Assembly (NCBI GenBank): GCA_002633005.1
Contig: NMRA01000274.1
Coordinates: forward strand, 124,391 to 188,390
DNA: 64,000 nucleotides
Reading direction: 5' to 3'
Source: Phoronis australis
Lineage: Eukaryota > Animalia > Phoronida
The notes beneath the pieces were generated by a model. It was not told the origin of the DNA, did not search any database, and saw only the letters and a list, made by a program, of their open reading frames with translations. Each line of letters begins with the position of its first letter. Position 1 is the stretch's first letter. Positions 29,157 through 42,000 of this stretch are shown here, in pieces. Both the position numbers and the translations under genes were made by a program.

Positions 29157-29920
29157 TAGTAACAGTTGTAGTAATACTTGTAGTAAGCAAAATCTGCCTA
29201 GACTGATAAAGAAGCAGACTGGGTTTATTTCTGTACATGCAGCTGCACTGCAGCTTTAACACTGTCCAGATGGGTTGGTGGGAAGCCAGCTGAGACTCAC
29301 AGCTGCCCCAACCAGTCAGTTGTAAGCTGCCCTACATTCTCCATCACAACCAGTGGAAGCTGCTGAGGACTGGCTGGTTGGCTGGCAGTAATCAGCTTAT
29401 ACCACACAGCAATATGAACATGTGTAAGTTTGGTGCTACATATATACACAGGGATAGGCCCAGCAGTTAAAGCAGCTTAACTCTATCCACTGTCACTTAG
29501 TCGGGCACTAGGTGCAGTGATGTCAGTAGNACACTTCAACTTTTTCATTATTTGTAGCATTCTTCAGTTATCATAACTATGCCCCAATCGCAACAATGGA
29601 AAGGGGCAATGGAAGCTACCATTTATGTCCGAAGTTGGTGACATTTTACTGCAGCAGTAGAACAGAGGCAGTAGATCAGTGTAGTAATTATAGCAGTTCC
29701 AGTGGCAGCTAGCAGCAACTAGCAGCAGCTAGCAATAGCTAGGAGCTAGTAGCAGCCTGCAGCAGCAGCACCAAAACCATCACCACCACCACCACCACCA
29801 CCACCGCCACTACCACCATCACCACCACTAATACTGATAGTTATAGTAATAACCAATTGCAGTAGCATTAGCCATAGCAGGATCAATAGTAGCAGTATCA
29901 GTAGCAGCAGTAGTAATAGT

Positions 29921-29963
<43 letters not shown>

Positions 29964-29971
29964 ATAGTAGT

Positions 29972-30005
<34 letters not shown>

Positions 30006-30013
30006 ATAGTAGT

Positions 30014-30065
<52 letters not shown>

Positions 30066-33000
30066 ATAATAACAGTTGTAGTAATACTTGTAGTAAGCAA
30101 AATCTGCCTAGACTGATAAAGAAGCAGACTGGGTTTATTTCTGTACATGCAGCTGCACTGCAGCTTTAACACTGTCCAGATGGGTTGGTGGGAAGCCAGC
30201 TGAGACTCACAGCTGCCCCAACCAGTCAGTTGTAAGCTGCCCTACATTCTCCACCACAACCAGTGGAAGCTGCCGAGGACTGGCTGGTTGGCTGGCAGTA
30301 ATCAGCTTATACCACACAGCAATATGAACATGTGTAAGTTTGGTGCTACATATATACACAGGGATAGGCCCAGCAGTTAAAGCAGCTTAACTCTATCCAC
30401 TGTCACTTAGTCGGGCACTAGGTGCAGTGATGTCAGTAGCTAGCAAGGGGGTCAACTAGAGGAACTGCACACAGTGGAGGAGATAGAAATTTTCCACGGC
30501 ACATCAGTTTGGCAATTATAAGCGAGTGAATATGCAGTTTTGTCAACCAGGGTAATGCTGTTTTTGATTGGGAATTAGTGGAAAATTTGTAAGAGAAAAT
30601 ACCAACAGGAGGATTGGCAAGAGTATATTAACAGAAAGAAACGGACGAAAACGAAATGGAAGAGTCAACGCCACCTATGCTAAGAAATCAACAGAAATGT
30701 CAAAATTTTGGATCTGTGCTCACAGCCTTCCTGCCAGAGATGCCACAAGGTGGACAACTGCAGACAGAAAACCATGTGTAACAAATTCAGTGCTACCACA
30801 CGCAAAACAATGAAAATACCAGTTTATTTAATACAAAACAGTTAACAATGCCAGTAATCATATAAACAATCCTTCTGCGCCATTTCTTAATCAGTAAAAA
30901 CCTGGGAATAGGAACTTAATTAAATTAGTAAGATGACAGTAATGAACATAATTAGTATGATTGTAAACCAAGTGCAAAGTGACTTAAAGATAATTGGATA
31001 ACTGCCAACAGCCAATCATAACACAGCGTAATGCGGCGAGGGGAAATCGCGGCTAATTAATCTTTGTTGGCAGCACTTAACATTTCAAAAACATTCGAGT
31101 AAATGCGACAGGGCAATACAGATAAACTTCAAGTATTTTCATAGCCAAGTCAAACCTTCAACACGTGAGATTTGATCAGTACATTTCTTCACTGTTAACT
31201 AATAAAATCATTTTAGACGCTTCACTTGTTTTACACCAGTAAAAAAAAATTAATAAAGGAACCAACGCAGTCAGTCGCTGCCTTTTTCCATCCTTGACCT
31301 CAATGATATGCAAACCATGTTGAGGAGCTGCATTCAACAGTGTTTAGACTTTCAACGTCTCTAGAGTGTTTGTCAACACAAGTGAAGAGCTAAAAAGCCT
31401 ATTTCCTGAGCGAGCAGTCCTAAACCCCGGCGACTTCCCCAAGCGTATAAGTCGAGCACCAATTAGAAGCGCTACGGTAAGCAGTGAAGGCTGCTTCATT
31501 TCAATGAGATGCGACCAAAACAATGATGATTAGGCAGAGGTTATTTGCAAAGGCGATTAAGCAAATGACGCCGGCGGCTTGTTGAGATAGAGTTGGCAGT
31601 CAAATACTGAGGCGTTTACAACCTTGTTTGCCCATGACGCGAGAGTCATCGATCGCTTGTCAGCCAAATCAATTCCGGGAAGAATGTTAGAGAGCCGGAT
31701 ACTCATTGATTTCAGTTGGCCATTGATTGCAACGTGTAGTCATTCAAGACCTGGTTGGTTCAACATTGAACCGAGCTAGGGGCATGATGAGCAGTGTGAG
31801 AACATGTGCAGACGGTGGGGCCACAACTCTAACTGCGTTGTAGACACAGTGGTCGAATCAATTGTACAATGTTTAACTTTTTCACATCAGCCCATTGTCT
31901 ATTTTCAATGGGAACTAACGCCAAATGCAAACAGAGACTCCCCTGAGGCCATCTCCAAGAGAACGTCTAGAAAGCTACTTAATTCACTTTTTCCATTGTT
32001 TATTAAATAGCTGAAGCAATCAAAGCCTGACAAGAAATTCTAAGTGATAAAAGCAAGTCAACCAATCAAAAAGAGATGGGTAAAACTGAGGCATATTTAC
32101 GTGGTTGTAAAAAGTTACGACTGAAGAAAATCGAAGAGGTCTTTGCTAAATAGTAACAAATAGAAAAATAGATCAATTAAACACAAAGTCATTGAAATTA
32201 TCTTATTGATGTATCCCGAATCTTATGTCTAAATTCTTAACAGTGCTAATCAAACGAAGTTGAAAAGAACTAGTGATAAGGTTTCCACTCCATCCAGGCT
32301 CAACATCATAGAAATCAGATTTGTACACTGTCAATTAGCGGCACTTTGTGATAAAAATTGATGACGTCCTTCCCGTATTGAGAAGAACACACAGTAGAGT
32401 ACTGCCGGCCGCTCAAATTTGTGAGAAGGTTAGACTGGACAGGGAGAAGAGCCCTCCCACTAAATGATGGACAGATATTTTGTTATTGTAAATGATAAAA
32501 CGCCATTGTTTTCAAGTAACTCAGTTCACAGGGGTAACATTGGCGTGTCCAATTTCATTCAGGCACACACAGGCAGCAAACCAAAGGCCGTAGATCGTGA
32601 ACAGCTCCAGTTACTTGACCCAATTCTTTCAATGCCATTACCAAGACCAGACAATAATCCTACCAGGTGAATGCAGCTAAGACAGCCATCCTGAGAGGGC
32701 AAGGTTTTACTTTCCTGTTGATTTGTGGCTAGAATGTCCAATTTGATGGATTGTAAACTTAATTTCTTGTCATTAAAAACCAAAAATATTATAGAATTAT
32801 TTCTAAGGCATCTGCAACTGAAGTATGGAAATTCCACTCAAAATTTGTAATTTTGTCAACGAAGTCTAATTCGGTGAGTTTTCCGAAGTCACGAAAACCA
32901 GAGTCTCTAGAACTTACGACATGTCTCCACAAAAGAAAATCTATTATTTTTACGAGTGGCTAACATTTCCAAAGTAAGGAAATTTAAGAATGACACAAAC

Positions 33001-36000
33001 TTAGAATCCAATCGTTGTTTTCAATAAAATAGAACCATTAATTGAAAAGTTTGCAAGATCGATGGCAACATCACATTTAAATAGACTAGTGCAGAACAAA
33101 AACACTCACCATCAAACATCATTGTCATCATCGATACTGTTGTCATCACTGCCTTAAAAACATGTTACCAGTAGTGGCTTTGTAATTATAATAACTATCC
33201 ACTGGCGAAACAGACGAGTTTGTATGCTAAATATGGGTGCTTAATCACAACTCTTGTCAATCTTTGTTCCGGGTGCGGGGAGCAATGTCCACATGCAAAC
33301 TTAATATGCTGGTGCTGGCATAGGGGCAGGGTGTATTGAGTTAGTGAGCCAATGATCACTCAAGAGTTATCCATGAGGAAGGCGACCGCTTTTAACAACC
33401 CATCATGCGGTGAGTTGCACTGCAGCCTACTCCAAGTGCTGGGTAACGCATCAAAAACTGTGCCACCATATGTTTTCTGTGTTCAAGGCTAAGTGAACCT
33501 CAGTCATTGGACAGTGTGGTCATACTTCTCATGATATCCCGGATCCAACAGTTCACCAGTGAGAAGATTCCACAGAAAGTTGTTTAGAAGCCAAGCTGTC
33601 ACACTTCTGAGGTTATAAATGTAAACACAAATTTACAACCATAAACCATTCTAAATAACATTCAGTTACCTAAGCCATTCCATTCATCACTTAAAATGAA
33701 TGATTGGAAAATTTCGCAAATGCGTTACAACTACACAACTGTTCTGAATAAAACCCCATCTAAAGATTTTTCATTTTTCAAAGCCTTTCCATTCTACAAA
33801 GCGATGACAGACAGTCCATAGTACAAGTGGACAACTGTTGACAACAATAGGCAACCGGTGATGCTTCTTTGAGAGATTAAAAAGGTAAAAAATCCCTTGT
33901 CGTGCTTCGAATTCAACTGGAGGAAAATGGATACCCAAAAAAGGATGGTGAGTTCTTTGCAAACTTTTTAATCAAAGATCAACAATTAGCCTCTGCCCTC
34001 AGTCAGGGGAGTTGTTAATTTTCGTAGCCCTAATGGGCACTTAACTGCCTTTTATGATAGCTGTTACCGTAGGAAATGGTCTCTGATTTTTATATAATCT
34101 AAAACCAAAACAAATGCACAATCTATGTTTATTTTAATGGTCTAGTGCTCTGATTAATGTTCCTTGTATGTATGAAGCCTTCATCAAGGCGAGACTACAG
34201 TGTGAAAATGCTGAAATTGTTTGTTAAAGGTATGAACACGGCTCATGTTTTAGATGTTTCACTTCTCGACAAGGTACTCAAAAAAATCCATAATTTTCAC
34301 AAAGTAATAGATTTTCAACCCAAGAAAGGACAACTCAAAATACTGTTTTTGTGATATCACCTTGACCACCATGATCAAAAGAGATTCCAGCGATCCACTA
34401 ATACCACTAGGGTAGTTTGATAGGAAGCCACATTTCCTTAGAAACACACTTTTGCCACATTCTACAAAAAACATGACGATGTGCGCCAATCAATAGAAAT
34501 TTTTTGTAAAGTTCAAAACTTTACACAGCATTAATTAAATAATATTCATTATTCAGTATCCATATAAACTGGTCGCATTGAATAACACTGAAACACTTGC
34601 CAGCACAAGATGAACAGTTGCCATCAGCAACAGTCCTAGTGATTTGGACTTCACTAGTTATCTACCAACTCAATGTTTCAAGAGTAAAATTCTATAAGTT
34701 ATCTACATATTTTCAGAAACTCTAGACTTTTCATAGATATCATTTAGCCTAAATTCAGACTAGGTGTTAAGATTACTCATAACCTCATGGCTCTTCACAA
34801 CAGAAAATTCACTCGTGGAGAATTACAAAATTCATATTCACGTTTGAAAGTCCATGTTCACCCTAGAGGGGAATCAGTGTGTTAAGTCTCAGAATAGAAG
34901 TACGGAACTGGTACCAAAAGCTCAAAATATCCCTATTTGTTGAGGAAATCATTAATCTTCGGATACTTGAAACCTGTCGCGTGGGTTTTCGAACGCGGCC
35001 GGCGAGGCAAGTAAGCCAAACTCGCAGGTTGTGGAGAACACTGAGCCTTAAGTATAAAGTGAACATTCTCTTGTCTATGCTATTACAAGGAGCTGTAAAG
35101 AATCAAACATGCAAGGCCATCAATTATGCCTGAGCCGTTTGATTATTCATGAATGGAGATTTGCTCAAAACAGTCAACTCACTCCAGAGACTTAGGGAGG
35201 GGGAGAGCTAACACATCCACAAATGGGGAGGGAGGACTACACCTCCACACATATACTGCAATTACAAACAACAAAACAAATGGTACTTTTACAAACGGCC
35301 GTCAATTATTCCGCATTAGCTACAGGATCATCGAAGTGATTGGATTATCGAGGCTCAGAACCTCGGGGGGAAATGGCCCCCGAAGCTACTAAATCATGAT
35401 AAGGTAGAATATCTCCGAGGCATTTCACGCAAAAGTTTTGCCTATGGCTGTTATTACTGACTATACTTGAACTTCCGGGTAAATTGCAAGTTCACACATT
35501 TCCTAGATCCTAGAATTATGGTAATTTTCAACTTATTTAGTGCACAATAGGGGGACATGTAGAATTTTACTTACATTTCTGTAACAAAACTAAAGAACAA
35601 GAGATTTTAGCCTGTATCAGTTGCATCATTTGTATAGTGTAGATGCAATGAAACATTTGGTCAAGTTTTCATTACTTGAAGTAGGTACGGTATATCATAT
35701 TTCTCAAATATCGGGCATTGCCCACTGTATCAAGAAAATCTGAATATAAACTCAGCAGTTGATGTAATTGTTGAAAATAGCAACAGACACAATGTTTTCA
35801 TGAGTGCCCATCCTGTGTAACATCGAGGTGAATGATAGTTCAAAAGTCGTTGATGGTAATTCTTGAATTTGGGAAGACCAACATTTATTATTTCTAAAAT
35901 TTGGTACAAGCTCTGACACTAGCTCAAACTAGATAATTTTTTACGAAACCAGACTTCGAAAAATACAAAATAGAAAATAGAAAAAATGACAACTTTGGTC

Positions 36001-39000
36001 ATTATTTTTGTGTGAAGTAAGACTTTCTAGAATATGCAACAAGACAAATTAGTCAAAAAATAATTGCAGGCAATCTAGTACATGTTGTAGAGACAGGACT
36101 CAAGGTCCACCAGTGTGCCCAGAGAGACACAATCTTGAATAAAGAAAGCAAAGACTTATCACACAAAGCCACATCAGGGGAGGACGACAACTGCTAAAAC
36201 AGTGGGGGGACACCAACCATGACTTTTTCCCCACTACTCTTCAACTGCAAACAATTTATTTGCAAATGAATACCACTTCGCAGCCAATACTTTTTAACTT
36301 AGAAGTGGAAAAGCACAGCAAACAAATCTCCTTAGGCCATTTCATACCAACAGGATGCCGGCAGTGGAGCAGCATCCATGTACACTGTGTAGTTTTTTTG
36401 AACCTTTTAAACTAGTCTTGGGTAGTTAATGGACATTGAAGATATCGCAGTTTGATAAGTAGATCAATCGACATTGTTGCACGATGGTGCTCCAAAAACA
36501 TGCAGGCGTTTTTTTTTTTAATTTCACTGAATTACCATATTTATGGTTGGATAATCAATCAAATAAAGTTCTTATACTGGTAGAATGGCGAATAATTGAA
36601 AACAATATAAATCATAAATATCTTAACAGGTGCCGGTATTGACAGCGACACCTGCCGATAACTCCGCTGAAAACAACGCTAACCTTTCACACCGCTGCTA
36701 AATCCAACTATTTACTGCCAAGTCAACTCGCGCTTTTGACTCGGGAGTAGAGACCCAAGTTAATCGTTCGTACTGACCGACACTCGACAAAACATCGACA
36801 TCCCTTTGTCATTGGTATAAAAGGCCCTTTGCACATTGAGAAAATTGACTGAAGCTTGAAGGTCAGGGAAGAGACAGAAGCCCCCAAGTGATCAAAGGAA
36901 ACAAATTCCAGGAATCCGCTTGTAGTCAGTCTACTGTGCACTAAGACTGCGTGGCTCAGTCAGCCACATTCTAAGATACTGGAGACCCTGAGAAAGACAG
37001 GAGGCAAATGATTTAAGTAACCCATATTTTCCAATTCGTTAAGGCTATGTAGAGCCGGAGAAAAACGTCTAGGTTTGGCAAACTTCGTAACACCACATCT
37101 CAGAAATAGTTGGCTGGATTCATACAAAACTCTCAGCTACTATGCTTTACGCATGTTTTACAATATGCTGTTAGAGTTTTGTTTTAACGATGTTCTACTT
37201 TTGCAAGAGGTGCTGCCAAAAACAAGACTTCCAAGATTTTTATTAAAAAAAATCTAAAGTTGCATAGACCGAAAACGAGATAATTTAGACAACTACAGCA
37301 GTGTTTTTGATATTTCATCCTGAACATTGACATCAAATGAAATTTGGTCACGTTATTGATTCCATTGGTTTGCTATGAATGTACCTTTCTGTTTTGCTAC
37401 ATTTCATTAAAAAGAGGGTCATGCAACTCAATCAATGGCAGATTGGTATAAGGCAAAAACCAAACGCCTATTTTCAGAAAAGATCAACAATTACGGAGTT
37501 GTGGTTCTGTAACTTCAACACCACTTGTTTGAGACGCAATAGGTCACATTTCCCATCACATTCTACTTCTAAGACCAAGGTTTCAAACTCCAAAGATGCC
37601 TTTTTTGAGTCTCATCCACAGACATTTGTCAAGCATTTCAAGTCTCTAACTTTCGACACTGCAGCCTTCTATCCAGCAATAAAAAGACGCTGGTACCAGA
37701 CCAACATACGATAATTTTGTTACGAATAGTGATCATTATGATAGTAGCAAAGCCATGGCTTACAGATGCATCATACTGTGGGAAAATATCTTGTCCCAGC
37801 TGCAAGCAGAAGCTAAACTATTGTACTGACATTAAAAAAAGAGACAAGATCCTTCCTAACAAGTCAGCTCTTCTAGACCCCACCCTGCCTCGCACCAATT
37901 TCGCACCCTCCCCACCCGCTGAAGGTTCAGTGATTCAAGGCAACTTTCCCCCCTCAGGCAACGGCCAATGAAAGAAGACGTCCAACAGTAGTACAAGGGC
38001 AAGAGTAGGTTACAGCCCTTCTCACAGTAATTAATAGGTTGAACACAGCAAGCTGTGTCCCCACTACAATTAATCCAACAATGGCCGCTGACAACTGGCT
38101 CAGGCGACAGATGTTCAAGTGTATTCAGCCCCCAGTCATTGGGAATGATGATTTCACGGTAAACATCAATTAAAAACCTAGCTGTTGCCCCAAGAGAAGC
38201 TGCATGGAAACACCAAGTATAGGATAGCTCAGCCAGTCAACAGATCAGAGTTGGTGTAGTGAGGTAGAATTTAGGACGCGATATGAGAAAAGAAGAAATT
38301 CTCATTTTTCTCACAAAAGAAAACAAGCAACTGATTTTTACCAAAATGCTGTGTAAGTCTCAAATAAAATATCCATTCTGTACACGGAAATGATTTCAAA
38401 TCATGGAATACGATTAATAGAGGAGTGAATTTTTTCTACTAGTTTCAAATGCTAAAAAAGATGTAACAGTGGTCTGAAATTTGACAATTTTGTCTTCAAA
38501 CCTAGATATTTTAGGAGGCAGTGATCGGCCGTTTTAATTTATATTCTGTGCAGTAGTTGTGCGTGCAAGTAGTTTGAAAATCCCAATAAGTGATGTCAAG
38601 TTGGCAGATCAAAATGGTCTTCTGATTCAACCATTAGCAAACCTCTTGACAAGTTACAACTCAGTTCTTACAACCGAGAAGACACGTTTTCTAAAAGATG
38701 ACAACCAACTCAGTTCATTCCTCAGACAATAGGACTTCGGAGTCGACCCAGTTTATGAGATATTCTTTGGTTCTTAGGGGTTGCTGAAACAACATTAGCA
38801 CATTCCACAGAAGGGACAGCCAGATAACTATGGCGATAATAAAGGCATTAAATCTGAAAGGCCATGAAATATTACATGGTAAATCACTCAGCGCTGAAAA
38901 TAACAACAGGGGGAAAAAGTGCAGAAAATAACAGAACGAGTAAAAAAGATAAGATAGGACTTCTCATGGAACCTATGATGACGAGAAAATGTGAACATCC

Positions 39001-42000
39001 AACCGTCCATGGTGTTGCCTGTCTAACATTCTGGTCCATATCCATACTTCCGATAAGAAAATTCACAAAGAGACACGGTATTAAATAAAAGAATAGCCCT
39101 CTTTCTGCAATATGAATGGACAAGTGATATGGTTGGTATTCAAACGGTGAAGAAGAATGATTTTTTTGTTATCTGTATGGCCAAAGAGACTCCGTATTAT
39201 CTATAAAAATGATCTTTTTTGTTATCTGAATGTACCAACAAGAGACTAGGTATTAACCAGTTGAAGAAGAATGGTCTTCATTTTGTGACCTAACAGAACA
39301 GAACAGAGAAGAACAGAAAGCTGTTTCAACACTAGCATTGGAGCGTTCACGAACTAAGGATCCAGCATGATTGCTTTCCTGCAGCTAGGACCGTTGGCTC
39401 AATTGGGCTACCTAGAGTTCCAAACTGGCCGGTGAGCTAGCACTACGGTCCTGTCTAAACTTCCCAATCAGTGCTGACAGATGAGGAACTTGGTAAAAAA
39501 TAACATCAGGCATAATATAAGGCATGACGTTTTAAGGGATTTAGAACAAACATTTGTATGCTGCAACACAATTGTGTTATAATACATCTTTTGTGCAATA
39601 CGTGCCTGCATTTAAGAACCAGTTGATGACTATTATTCAGTGGGGAAAACTGGTTCTCAAAATGCAGGCTCATTACATCAGGCTAGTACTGTCTTTTGAG
39701 AATTAAGTTTTATAACTAAGATGAATAAAATGTTTTGGACAACATTGTAGGTATGCAGTTGAGGACGACTTTGTAGATAAGCACAGCTCAATTGTTAAAC
39801 TTTTAACCTGAGGAAGAAAAGCTACTGAAGTCCCATTCACTCGGCTTCAAAACTGGCAGAACGGTTATGGCATCCTAACTTGAAAATAAACACCCACGCG
39901 CACACGCACGCACACACCCACACACAAAAAACATCCTCCAATTCTCAGGTGACTTAAGTGGCATTTTCTCGCTTGTTTCCCTTCAGGCTTTACAATACAA
40001 CTAAAGCCAGATGAGTCTGGAGGCGACTCCACAGTACCTCTCACCTTTGTTACGTAAAAACATGAAGTGGAATTTCCCTTTGACTTATGTCGCATTCTTT
40101 AGAAAACTGTTCTTAGTCAACCCATTCAATTCTACCTCAACCACTAATCCTACCATATTCCCTGCCAACGCCCTTGCTTACCTGATGGAAAAGGTGTGTG
40201 TGCCCTCTGGGAGCGGAATTTCTTTGGGGTGAGGGGGCACCCCCGCACAACTGTGGAAGTTAAAAGTGATAGATTCTAAACTCGAGGGGAATTTTCATGA
40301 TACTTGGAAGGGAACTTTTGCGCCTAATGAGGGGGCTTGCGCACAATTTTACAATAATTTTTGTGACGAAATGGAGCCATCATTCCGCCACAAAATCGAA
40401 GCATCAAGGGCCGTCACCACTCCTCCCTGTAACTAGTTTTACACTCACCTTGTCTGTAACCCAGCGACGTCTTGTCTCCAGTGTGATTGGGCGGTGAGAA
40501 CATCTAGAAAAAAAGGCAACATTTTAAAAAAAATCTTTATCGAACAGCCAGACCATGTGTTAAACAAGCAGACACATTCCAGGTATTACGATCTTGTCCG
40601 GAAAAATAACTAGGTACGAATACAACTAAGAATCATAAAAGTCAATTCCGCCCTCAACGGTTTTGGTGAAATTCATTTTGATGCAACAGCAATTAACAAC
40701 AGAACCATCATTTTCCATTTCCAAAGACTTTTAAAAAATCCTCAGAAGAATCTTTCCCATACCGGGGGAACAGGATCCTAAAAATACACGTTGCCAATGG
40801 CAACTTTCCAAATCTCTAATCTAGATGAATTAACCAGTTATTTAAATCAGCACGAGAGCAAACAAAACAAAAACATGAGTGTCAGAGTTCAGCTCTAGCT
40901 GTACAGACAGTTAATAAGTGAGCAATGAACATACGAGCAAAATGTCATTGAACGTCATAGAGACCCAGCGACACTCTGAACTGGACAAAATTAAAAAGAA
41001 ACAGCTGAAACACTTGTATATTCATCAATTAAATGAAAGAGCTGGAAACGGCGACAATAGGCAAACTTGATATGCTAAGAGAAAGACACCACTGACAGCT
41101 CCACCTTGAGTATAATTTCAACCAATAGGCCTTGAGGTATTGATGAGACGTTGTGTACGTAAATTTCACCTCAATCGTAGAGGAAATGGCAGTCGGAATT
41201 GAATAGCAAGTCTCAACGACGATGATGACAAAACGTGATGATGGAAAGATGACGACAAAAAATGACAAATTGAACTGCATCCAGACCAGGCCTTCATCTA
41301 GAGGGTATCCAGAGAGTCCAGTGGACACCTTCAATCAAAATTTACACACCCTAGCTAGGACGCCTTGTTCAGCATTTGAATACCCAAGTAAAGTAAGCAG
41401 GAGTGTCTCCTCACTTGCTAGCAGCAACTATGAGAGCTCATTGGCCTGTCCAGAATAAAACTGTTGATTTAGAAATGATGTATAGATATGCAAAAACTTT
41501 ATTGCCAACCATGTCTCCAAGGTAACATACCAAACTATAATAACAATTTGACTTGAGGTCAAGAAAACCTAAGGAAGTCACACATAATTGACCAAAGACT
41601 CCATGATAAACTGGGAAACTCATTTTGGTTGCCACATTTGTGAAATCCTGGATGAACTGGTGTCCGTTGATGAAGTGAAAATAAAAACATTACACAATTG
41701 TGAAAATGACGTATGACAGAAGAGGGCTCACCCAAAATATCTACGGTAAAACCTAATCATTCAGGGCACAATATGTCAGACAAATAAAATTTTAATTGTT
41801 CATTTTTTCACATAAGATAAGCAGCACAAAATAAAGGTTTACTCATCCTTAACTCGTATGCCATATCCAACATCGGACAAAGTTTTGAAAACGTATGGGT
41901 GTCCACACTGGTGTTGCAAGCCTCACAAAAATGAAAAAGGGACTACTTTGGCAATCATTCTTGGTCGAAATTGGCACGATTTCTTGCAGTTAAGATAAAC

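Larger units (their letters stand above)
28722..30439. other. Tandem duplication (28722-29529 / 29533-30439) across the single N at 29530; probable uncollapsed haplotypes
   Basis: Near-identical copies with scattered SNPs and a 99-bp repeat-length difference, joined exactly at the N. Confidence 0.85.

Noticed and set aside
29301-29344. Possible first exon MENVGQLTTDWLGQ with a gtgagt donor
   Set aside because: It ends in phase 2, incompatible with exon 3, and the ATG is GTG in the other copy.
29017-30172. Poly-Ala and poly-Leu ORFs
   Set aside because: They are translations of an intronic CAG/TAG microsatellite, duplicated by the assembly.
36720-36790. tRNA- or SINE-like wording
   Set aside because: No complete cloverleaf and no convincing A and B boxes.
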